Of a stretch of DNA of 56,708 nt, positions 37,701 to 47,140 are shown one piece after another. The notes beneath the pieces are model-generated. The model was not told the DNA's origin. It saw only the letters and a program-made list of their open reading frames with translations, and ran no database searches. A program made the position numbers and the translations under genes. The stretch is from Prorocentrum cordatum. Taxonomy: Eukaryota. Where the stretch lies: NCBI GenBank assembly GCA_963575745.1, contig CAUYUJ010000073.1, positions 62,001-118,708 of the forward strand. Direction: 5' to 3'. Every line of letters begins with the position of its first letter. Position 1 is the stretch's first letter.

Positions 37701-39170
37701 CAAACGAACGAATCCGCCTTTCCGGGAGGCATCGTTCAGCATAATAAAATGAAGGATGCAGCCGAAGTGGCTGTGGAAGGAATCATCAAAACAGCGGTGG
37801 GAGAGCAAAGAAGACTGGTTGCCCCACAAACTTGGCAAGCGGGAAGAGGAAATTGAAGAGGATGAGGAGAAGGAGAAGGAGGAGGAGGAAGAGGAGGTGG
37901 ACGTTGCAAGTGTTCGCGCGGCCGTGAGCCCCCAGAGAGTGTTTCTCCAGGATGTGCGCTGAAACCGAAGGTTCCCGACGGCCTGATCTCCGAAATGTCA
38001 CAAAAACCCTGGTTCCCAACAGCGCGTCCGGATGAGGTGGCGTCGTGGCCCCGACGGTTTGCACTGAGTGTTGCGAGAGGCTCTGTCGAGGCGGGAGGAG
38101 GAACACGAAGAGGATGAGGAGAAAAAAGAACAGATTATGTGGACATCTGGGGCGCAGCCGAGGTGTCGCGGAAGAAATCCGCAGCAGAGACTTGTGAGAG
38201 TGAGGAGAGCTGCTTCTGCTAGACCTTTGGCGGGGCGGAACGCGAAACATCACGGGGCATTAGGAGAAGGAGGAGGAGGAGGAGGTAGAGGAGGAAGAGA
38301 ATGAGGAAGAGGAGGAGGAGCTCTTGGGCCCTTCGGTGATGCGAACGAAAAATGGCCTCGCTGCGCCAGTTTATACGACATCGACGACGACGAAGAAGGC
38401 GACGACAAAGAGAAGGGATAATGAGAGGGGGAGACCGCTGTGTTGGGATCTCGCGGTGCGCCTCTCGGGGCCCTCTGGGAGGCAGTTTTGAAGCCTCTTG
38501 GGGGTGTTTTGTGGTTCTTGGGAGTTTTTGTGAGGCCTCTTGGGGGCTCCTTGGGGCCTCTTGGGAGCCTCTTGGGGCCTCATGGGGCTCTCTCCAGGCC
38601 TTATGGGGCCCTCTCGCGGCGGAAAACTTAGTTTTTGAAGTTTTGGGCGCCCTCTTGGGTCTCTCTTGGGGCCGTCTTGGTGCTCTCTTGGGCCGTCTTG
38701 GGCGCCTCTCGGGCGGTCTCGGAGCCCTCCTGGACCGTGTTGGGGCCTTCTTGGGGGCCTCTTGGGCAGCACTGGGGCGATCTAGGGAGCCTCTTGGGCC
38801 ATTACGGAGCGTCGGGAAGCGGGAAAAGCGAGAAGACCAAAAACATCGAAAAACACATAGGAAAATCAACAAGTGTAGCCTCTCGGGGCTCTCTTGGGAG
38901 GCCTCTTGGGGGTCTCTGGGGGCGTTTTGGACGCGTCTTGGGCAATCTTGGGCCCAGATTGGGCGTCTTGGGCCGATCTTTGGGTGTCTCGGGGCCCCCT
39001 TTGGCCGTCTTGTGTTTTTTTTTTCCCGTCGCACTCGCAGGACAGACACGGATCACTCTGCAGGAGCGCCCCACAGGCTCGGGGAGGCCGAAATTCGCTT
39101 GGGGGGGGGAGGGGGCACCGTGTGTCGTTTTTCTGGGGTCCCCGGCCATGTAAGAATATATAAACAGGAA
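31788..39170 (-). mobile_element. Helitron, formerly autonomous; core certain, termini tentative
   Basis: Contains the RepHel pseudogene. Candidate 3' end: hairpin GCATGGCGC-GCA-GCGCC(G)ATGC followed by AGTCTTG|T ending at 31788 (minus strand). Candidate 5' end A|TTCCTGTTTATATATT at 39170. Other repeats lie between these ends and the gene, so linkage is inferred. Confidence 0.55.
33004..37732 (-). pseudogene. Helitron RepHel (N-terminal C4 zinc fingers + HUH Rep + PIF1-family helicase), broken by stops/frameshifts
   Basis: Collinear fragments: 36419-37732 (CxxC repeats, RAYNNLFA, YEPLSCPLWFPRG); 35881-36312 (GSPR, PTWFIALT, RPDVVTRVF, EYQERGLPHAH); 35481-35960 (IVEYN, YLYKYMFKGPD); 33578-35374 (GRAGTGKST, TAHSTFGIP, WDEWPM, GDFRQIPPVV, PPHRLRL, IRNLN); 33004-33441 (RKQMPLRPAY, AQG, LYVALGRV, NFVWKELL). 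Confidence 0.93.
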
Positions 39171-39200
39171 TATGTATATACATACATACATACATACATA

Positions 39201-40196
39201 CAAGACTGCATTGGCGCTTCGCGCCATGCGCTTTGTCCCGGACCCTCCCCGGCAAAGCAATAAAGCATCGCTTGCTTTTGCGGGGGGGACCTCGAAGCCT
39301 GGACGGGCGACCGGCTCATTTTTCTCATATCCCTGGTGCCTGCTGACACCGCGTTCGCCCGATGCGGTTGCACGCTTGTGCGCAGGAGCTGGGGGAATGA
39401 TATTTGTTCACGCGCATTGCCTGTCTCTCTCGATCGAGGAACTGAAACCTCGAGCCTCAAGCGTGGAACCGAAATCGTCGGGTCAGTTCGATGTACTTCG
39501 TAGGAAAATGCCGTCTGGGCGTTTGGGGAGCTCTTTTGGGCCGTCCTGGGGGACCCTTGGGCCGTCCCGGGGTCTTCTTGGGCCGTCTTGGGGAGCTGGG
39601 GGCTTCCAATGTCCTTTATGGAGATCTCCCACCCATGTTTTTCGTGGGTCTCTCTTGGGGGCCTTCTGGGGGCATCTTGGGTTTCTTGCAGGCAGTTTCG
39701 GGGCTCTCTGGGGCAGTCTTGGGGCCCTCTTGGGCCGTCTTCAAAGCCTCTGGGGGGGCCTCTTGGGCCGTTTTGGGGCGATATCGAGGGCCTATCGGGC
39801 CGCTTTGGACGCTGCAAAAACCCAAACAGCGGATATGTTAAATTTGCACACGTTCCCCAAGGAATGGGACGACGTTTACTTTTTCGGGGTTTTCTTAACA
39901 GCCTTTTCTGGCGTCTTGGGGGCCTCTTGGGCGGTTTTCAAACCATCGAGGTTCCTTTTGGAGCGCTCTGGTGCTGTCTTGGGTCTCTCTTGCGCTTCTC
40001 CGATGACCCCTCTGATCGCTTTGAGTCTGCTCGCAAGGCCCGGCAAGGCGCCCTGGGAGGCCCGGACGGGCCAGGTGACCTTTTCCAAGGGCGCCCAGGG
40101 GGCCGCTGAAACGTCCGAAAGGGTGTCCAGGCCGTCCCTGGGAGGGGGATCAAGTTTAGGGGGGGGGTCCGGGTAATTAAAATGTAGGGATAGGAA
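39201..40196 (-). mobile_element. ~1-kb non-autonomous Helitron-like element (duplicate at 47692-48730)
   Basis: Minus strand starts A|TTCCTATCCCTACATTTT and ends with hairpin GCATGGCGCGAAGCGCCAATGC-AGTCTTG|T, nearly the same end as at 31788. Both sides abut TA/TACA microsatellites. Interior has ~11-bp GGGCCTCTTGG repeats. Confidence 0.55.
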
Positions 40197-40215
40197 TGTG
40201 TGTATATATATATAT

Positions 40216-40263
<48 letters not shown>

Positions 40264-40726
40264 TCCTCCTATATTTTTACAAGCCGGGGGGGGGGGGCAT
40301 AAAAAAATTAACCCCAAGATCCGTGGCCCCGGGGGCCACCTGGAACCCCCTGCTGGAAGCCCCCCAGGCTTTCTGGAACTCTTGAAAGCCCCCGCTGGAC
40401 CTAGGCAACGGGCTCAAATCGGTCAGCAGGGCCGCCGAACGGTCCCCCGAGGGCCCCAAGAGGCCCCAGACACCCAGCAGACACCCCAAGACGACCCAAA
40501 GAAGACCCCCAAGAAGCTTTCAAAACGCGGAAAAACATTGATGCACGTTGGTTTTCGCATGAGTTTGGGAATGCTCTGTTCCTCGGTTTTCCTGGCGTCC
40601 GAGACCGCCCAGGAGGCCCGAAAGTCGCCCCACAATTGTCCGAAAGGGCTTCCAAGCAGTCCAGGAAAGCCCGAAGAATGCACACCAGGGTTCCAAGATG
40701 GCCCGAAGAGAGCCCCATGACGGCCC

Positions 40727-40745
40727 AAGATGGCCCCAAGACGCC
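40727..40745 (+). repeat. Target-site duplication of retrocopy 1 (partner 45908-45926)
   Basis: AAGATGGCCCCAAGACGCC lies immediately before the SL and immediately after the poly(A) remnant. Confidence 0.88.
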
Positions 40746-40767
40746 TCCGTAGCCATGTTGGCTCAAG
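40746..40767 (+). other. Genomic DinoSL sequence, one mismatch (5' end of retroposed mRNA)
   Basis: TCCGTAGCCATGTTGGCTCAAG versus canonical DCCGTAGCCATTTTGGCTCAAG. Confidence 0.92.
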
Positions 40768-40836
40768 CCATATATTGGTTCTGCGTTGCCCTTTCTTTTT
40801 ACCTCGTACACTCCGCAGATTCTTCCCGCGCCCGTC

Positions 40837-43800
40837 ATGCCGCGGTCCACGCCCGTGAGCTTCAAGGAGGGTCTCCAGGCCATCCCTGGCAAGTGGTACA
40901 TCAAGAACATCGCTGACCCGATCGAGTTGCAAGTCGCGGGAGAGGAGGTCCGATCCAAGGAGCCGCGCTTCGGCGGCCAGCCGCTGATCGGCAAGCCTCG
41001 GGATACAGAGAAGTTCGAGATGGACGTCCAGATGGGCGGTTTTCCGATGATTGCCTACGTGACCACCCGGCAAGAGCAGCACTTGATTGAGTTCTCGAAT
41101 GGGGGCACTTGGTCGAAAGATTCTCCCCTGAAGCAGGCAGCTGGCGACATGCCTGGCTCTCGGGGTACCCCCATGAGCGAGATCAATAAGCACAATACCA
41201 AAGACTCTGCTTGGGTGGTGCTGCACGGCAAGGTGTGCGATCTCACCAGCTTTATTGCGGATCACCCCGGGGGCGAGCAGGTCGTGCTCGATTGGGCCGG
41301 GAGGGACGCCACGAAGTTCTGGTCGGCGATCCACAAGAAAGACTGGATTCAGGAGCATACGAAGCCCGAGTGGTGCTTGGGAGCGGTGGGGCTGGAGCCA
41401 GTGGCGCCCGTCAGCGAGGAGCTGAAGAAGGCGCAGGACGAACTCAGGGCCTTGAAGGCGGAGCTCGCACGGCTCACCGAGGCCCCCACGAAGCCTTCCC
41501 TGGGGCTGCAGGACGCCTTCGCGGCAACGAACTCCGCGCAAACGAAGCCTGAGGCGACCAGCTTGCCCGCTGAGGTTGAAGCGTGCCCGCGACTGCAGCT
41601 CCACGGCAAGCGTGTTATCGTGATCGGCCACGGCCCAGTCGGCCATGATTTCATCGTGAAGCTCGTGGGCATGGTCGGCGATGGGGCTTTGGACATCACC
41701 GTGGTGGGCGAGGAGCCGCGCATGGCCTACGACCGCGTGCATCTTACGGAATACTTCGAGCACCGCGATGCCTCAAAGCTCAGCATGTGCGACAGTGAGT
41801 GGTTCACGGAGCACAAGGTTATTTGTAAAACCAACGTTCGAGCAGAGAAGATCGACCGCGATGGTTGTAGCGTTACTCTGCGCAACGTGAAGTCCAATGC
41901 CACGGAGGAGATGAACTACGATGCGTGCGTGATCTGCACAGGCTCCTACCCCTTCGTGCCGCCGTTGAAGGGCTTGAGCAGCGACGCCGTCGGCGTGTTT
42001 GTCTACCGCACGATCGAGGACCTCGAGGGGATGGTTTCGTTTGCGAAGAAGTCGACCAAGGCTGCTGTCATCGGCGGAGGCCTCCTGGGCTTAGAGGCCG
42101 CGAAGGCGGTCTACGACTTAGGACAGGCCACGCATGTGCTCGAGATGGCCCCGTACTTGATGCCGACGCAGCTGGACGAGGGAGGTGGACATGTTCATCG
42201 TCAGCGCTGGCGTCCGCCCACGTGACGAGCTGGCCCGCAACAGTGGCTTGGCTGTGGGCCAGCGTGGTGGCGTGGTGGTCAACGATCGCACGCAGAGCAG
42301 CGATCCTAAAATCTTGGCGTTGGGCGAGGTGGCTTGCTACAAGGGTCTCTGCTACGGGCTGATCGCTCCCGGCTGGGACCAGGCGTCTGTCTTGGCGAAG
42401 AATTTCGAATATGCGACGTGGGGCTTGAACTCAAAAACAATAGCAGCCAAGAAAGACAATGTTGCTTCTCCCGAGCCACCGCTCTACCAGGGCAGTGACT
42501 TGTCCACCAAGCTTAAGTTGCTTGGCGTCGACGTGGCCTCCTTCGGGAGTTCGCTCGATTTCTGGTTCAAGCGGCAGTTCGGAGACGATGCCAAGAAGCT
42601 TGGACTTTCTTTCACCTTGCAGACAGACCCATTCAGCGGCCTGTATCGGAAACTTGTCTTTCACGAGGAGACCCAGAAGTTGATGGGTGGTCTCTTGGTG
42701 GGCAACGCCGACGACTACTTCAGTCTACTTGGGCTCGCCAAGCAGGACAATTTGGGTAGGAAGGCACCAGTCGACCTGTTCATGGGAGGCAGTTCGGAAG
42801 AGAACGCGGAAGACTTGAGCGATGACGCCGTCGTCTGCTTGTGCCAGAAGGTCACGAAGAAGGAGGTCACGAAGAAGGACATTGTCGATGCGGTGAGGGA
42901 GAAGGACTGCGTTACGATGGCTGACATCAAGCGCTGTACGACCGGGGGTTCTGGTTGTGGCGGTTGCGTCTTGAACACAGGCTTCGCGCCGAAGATTATG
43001 AAGTTGGCGTTGGAGGAGTGCGGCAAGAAGGCATTCACCGGCATCAGCCCCAGCTTCCCCTTCACGCGCCAGGAGCTGCTTGAGATTATCAAGGTGAAGG
43101 AGTTGAAGACATACGAGGAGGTCGTCGAGACGTGCGCCAGGATGGGCAAGATTGCGGAACTCCAGAAGGCGCTAGCGGGCGACGAGGTTTGCAAGCCGGT
43201 CGTCGCCTCCATATTGGCCTCCCCGTGGCAGGAAAACCCCACCAAGGATGGGCTCAAGCAGCTACAGGACACGAACGACAGCTTCCTGGGCAACATCCAG
43301 CGCAGCGGGCAGTACTCCGTGATCCCCAGGGTGCCCGCTGGCGAGATCACGCCGGACGAGATGATTCTCATGGGCACCGTGGCCAAAAAGCACAACTTGT
43401 GGACCAAGGTGACGGGCGCCCAGCGAATCGGCCTCTTCGGTGCCAACATGCGGCAGCTGCCTTCCATTTGGGAGGAGCTCTGCTACGGGAAGACGTCCTT
43501 CATTTCTGCCGACGGCAAGGTTGCAGCGAAAGTCGACTGCGAGGGCATGGAGTCTGGGCACGCCTACGGGAAGGCCCTCCGCGCCGTGAAGACGTGCGTC
43601 GGGACCAGCTGGCGTCGCTTCGGCCAGCAGGACGCTGCGGGCATGGGTCACCGCGTCGAGCATCGGCACAAGGGCTTCCGGGCCCCGCACAAGTTTAAGA
43701 TGGGCGTCTCTGGTTGCATGCGCGAGTGCGCAGAGGCCCAAGGCAAGGACATCGGCCTCGTGGCGACAACCACGGGCTACAATTTGTATGTCGGCGGCAA

Positions 43801-44657
43801 CCACGGAACCTCGCCGAAGCACGCTACGCTCCTCTTGCCAGACCTCAGACGACGATTGCATCAAGTACATCGACCGGATCATGATGTACTGCACCTTCAC
43901 GGCGGACCCGCTCACGCGGACCTCGAAGTGGGTGGAGGGTTTGGAGGGTGGCATCGAGCATTTGAAGGAGGTCGTTGTCGATGACAAGTTGGGCCTTTGT
44001 GAAGAGTTGGACAGGCGCATGCAGGCGCAGGTAGACACCTACGAGTGCGAGTGGAAGAGGGTTGTAGACACCCCTGAGTTGCGGAAGAAGTTCCGGCAAT
44101 TCGCCAACGTTGACGACGTCAAGCACGGCGACCTCGAGTGGAGCACCCAGCGCAAGCAAAAAAAGATCGCCGTCGAGGACAAGCCCACCGTGATCGGCCC
44201 AGCGAAGATCGGCAAGGACAAGGCCGACGACACGTGGCACTGGGTGGACGTCGGCTCGCCAGACGACTTCCCCAAAGGCGCGGGCTTCGCGGTCAAGGTG
44301 AGCAAATCGGAGCTCGCTGTGTTCAACCATGTGGCCATGGGCAAGTGGTACGCCACGCAGAATTCGTGCCCCCACAAGCAGCTCCAGGTGCTAGGCCGCG
44401 GCCTCATCGGCATGCACGGCGACGCCCCGAAGGTCGCCTGCCCAATCCACAAGAACACCTACAGCCTGGATACGGGCAAGGGCATCAGCAATGCGGGTCT
44501 GAACCTCGCCAGTTTCGACGCGAAGGTCGAGGGAGGCCGGGCGCTCGCCCACTTGCCCCCCGACGAGGTCCTGGACAAGGCCCTCGCCTCAGAGGACCCC
44601 GAGGGCAACTCTGGGTGCTCTGGCAGCTGCGAGATGCCCAAGGACTTGCAGTGGTCA
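40837..44657 (+). pseudogene. nirB: Processed pseudogene of cytochrome b5-fused NAD(P)H nitrite reductase (NirB-NirD fusion), copy 1
   Basis: Three frames (ORFs 40786, 42185, 43788). Lesions: 146-bp deletion at ~42181, 15-bp duplication at 42850-42879, 2-bp deletion at ~43845, cluster-ligand Cys changed to Arg (CVGTSWRRFG), stop TGA->TCA at 44655. Confidence 0.92.
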
Positions 44658-45894
44658 GGAATGAGAACCTTGCGCGGCCACCTCCTAGTCTCGCTTGGAA
44701 GCCAGCAGCTTTCGCGACGTGTGTCTGCAAATGCGCTAGGACCATCCTCGATCTCGTTCGCTCGCTCACCTTTCTATTTTCTCTCTCCCTCTCTCTCTCT
44801 TTCTCCCGCGCACCCTTTCAACACTCTCGCTCCCATCGGGCTGTGTAGACGCTGTGGAATTCGAGGTAGCCTTCAAAGTCGGGGGGACAGGGAGGACGGG
44901 CAGGGGGTGGAGCCACCCTCCATGTTTTATCCGGGTCTGGTCCCACTGCGCTGGAGGGCGATTTTGCGGTACAGCCGTGCAAAGGTGCTCGCGCGCGTCA
45001 CCGCCTACGAATTGATGAGCCTTGCATTGCTCGTTCTGATTATGATTATTTGTTTCACGCTGGCCGAGGTGGCACCGATGCCTCTCTGGTCACCAGAGCC
45101 CGTCATCACGTTTGCACATTCGGTGCATTGTCTGGAGTGGACAGCTTGCGAGATGGAGTCTGGCACTGGCCGCTCTGGGTTTAGTCCTTGGACGCCCAGC
45201 CTTGCCCGTGTGGAACACAGCAAGTTGGGCGCTCTTATATGCCTGAAGCCCCCAGGTTCGGAGACCAAACAGTAGTAGCTCGCTCACTCTGATAGGAATT
45301 ATGATTGAAAAGCGGCCGCTGGCAGGGGCTTTTGGAACACCTTCCCGGTACATGCAATCAGGTTGTGTTGGCTCATCTTGTAAGAGGATGCCGCCGTGGA
45401 ACTCGAGATAACACTTCGCAGCTAGAATTGGACGGACGGTGGAGGGGTGGAGCCCCTTGGCTTGTTTCGCCCAGATGCCGCTAAGTTGGTGGTTGTACTG
45501 CGCAGCTGTGCAATCCCAAGGGGAGTCTTGCCCCGCTCGCTCTTCTGTATGTGCGTAGTTCCTGGATACTCACTTTCGCCCGTATCGAGTACAGCAGGTT
45601 TTGTTGTCTTTGTTTTTCTGGCCATTGCGCCAGCACCCAGCACGGGAGGCCAGCAGAGTTGCAGCACGTCGCTCATATTTCGTACCACAAACGGGTTGGT
45701 GGCGGACGTCGGGGAGCTATTTCCCAGTTGTGGTGCTGGACTGGCTGTCTGGATGTAGTGGCTATACAGCGTTGCCCAGACATTGAACGGAATTCATGTT
45801 CAGTCTCTTGTCGGAGATGGACCCCTGAGCCGTGCGATGCAGATCCGTGCGGAGCGTGATTGTGGCTCGGACGAGTAGAGCTCAGCTGCGCTTG

Positions 45895-45907
45895 AACAAA
45901 AAAAAGA
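45895..45907 (+). other. Poly(A) tail remnant of retrocopy 1
   Basis: AACAAAAAAAAGA directly before the 3' TSD. Confidence 0.75.
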
Positions 45908-46549
45908 AAGATGGCCCCAAGACGCCCCCGAAGCATTCCAAATCGTGACCCGGTCGTTCAGGGAGACCACGATTGGAAGCGGGATGGCCCGAGGAAGCCT
46001 CGAGAGGCCCCCAGAAATGCCAAGGAGGCCTCCAGAAGGCCCCAAGGAGCTTTTAAAAACTTTCGTGAGGCCCCTAGAAGGCGTTTCAAGGAGGAAGGAG
46101 TCTTCGAAAAAAGAGCACAGGAGGATGGGACAAGAATTCGCAAGGTAGGGCGAGAATGGGGAAGAGGAAGAGGAGTCATGAGGGGAGGATCTCGAGTAAA
46201 ATTATGAGAACGGTGATATCGGAAAATGCAACAAGGTGTTATCGCTAGATTGTCTGTTTTAATGTCCTGCCATTTTGCCTGCATGCCAAACTTCAAGGAC
46301 CAAGGTGCGCGGCGCGAAGCGTCGATGCTGTCTTACACACATATACAGATATCAATGTGTACAGACATGAATGCATATATATGTGTGTATGTGTATATGG
46401 AGGGTTTCGCCCTCTGCCTCCGCCCCCCTCCTCTTGCGATTAATTGCATGGCAACGCTTGATTGGTTGGTCGGTTTTCGTGTCGGCTAGCTGGCTGAAAA
46501 CTAGGTTGGTTGTCTTGTTGACGAAATTTGCGCGCGCCTGTAATGATCA

Positions 46550-47140
46550 AGCAAGGGTGGTGGCTTCGAAAGCCCGCATCCTTCGTAAATTATCAGGCAT
46601 TGTCGTCTCGGGTGCGCGCGTGCCATAGTTTACGCGGAGTTGCCGCCTCGGGGGCGAGAGCGTGGTGTAGTTTACCATGGGTTGTGGCCCCTAGAGAATG
46701 AATGCGTCTGAATGTACCCAGGGTTGTGGTCCCGCGAGCGCGAATGCGACGTAATTTAAAAAGGGTTGGCCTCGGCAGCACGAGAAAAGCGTAATCTACC
46801 AGGGGGTTGTGGGCTCAAGAGCGCGAGCGCGTCGTAATGTACGAGGAGTTGTGGCCTCGGGATCCCGAACGCGTTTCAACTTACAATGGATTGCGGCATC
46901 GGGAGCGCGAACGCGTCGTAATCTACTAGGGGTTATAGCCTCGGGAGCGCGAGCTCGCGCTGTAATTTACAAGGGGCTGTGGCCTCGGGACTGCGAGCGC
47001 ATTGTGCTGTCGGGCGCGCACCTCCGCCGTAGTTTGCGAGGGATTGCGGCCGCTGGAGCGCGCGCGTCGCAATCTACTGCGGATCTGTGTTTCCTAGAGC
47101 ATGCTGTAATTTTCAAGGGCCTGTGGCCCCCGAAGCCCGC
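46550..47140 (+). repeat. Diverged ~42-bp minisatellite (duplicate ~55210-55800)
   Basis: Units resembling GTTGTGGCCTCGGGAGCGCGAACGCGTCGTAATTTACAAGGG. Confidence 0.8.

Larger units (their letters stand above)
40263..46335 (+). mobile_element. Non-autonomous Helitron-like element containing the nitrite reductase retrocopy (duplicate at 48759-54991)
   Basis: Starts (T/C)TCCTC(TT)C-TATAT-TTTACAAGCCGGGG next to (TA)n. Ends AAGGACCAAGGTGCGCGGCGCGAAGCGTCGATGCTGTCTTA, homologous to the minus-strand end at 31788-31829 (AAGGACCAAGGTGCATGGCGCGCAGCGCCGATGCAGTCTTG). Confidence 0.55.

Noticed and set aside
38219..40720. ORFs rich in GASWGLLG / PKRPPR
   Set aside because: Products of the 11-bp GGGCCTCTTGG repeats inside non-autonomous elements.
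44658..45275. C-terminal hydrophobic extension in ORF 43788..45275
   Set aside because: It results from TGA->TCA in the already broken copy 1. Copy 2 has the stop and does not keep this frame.
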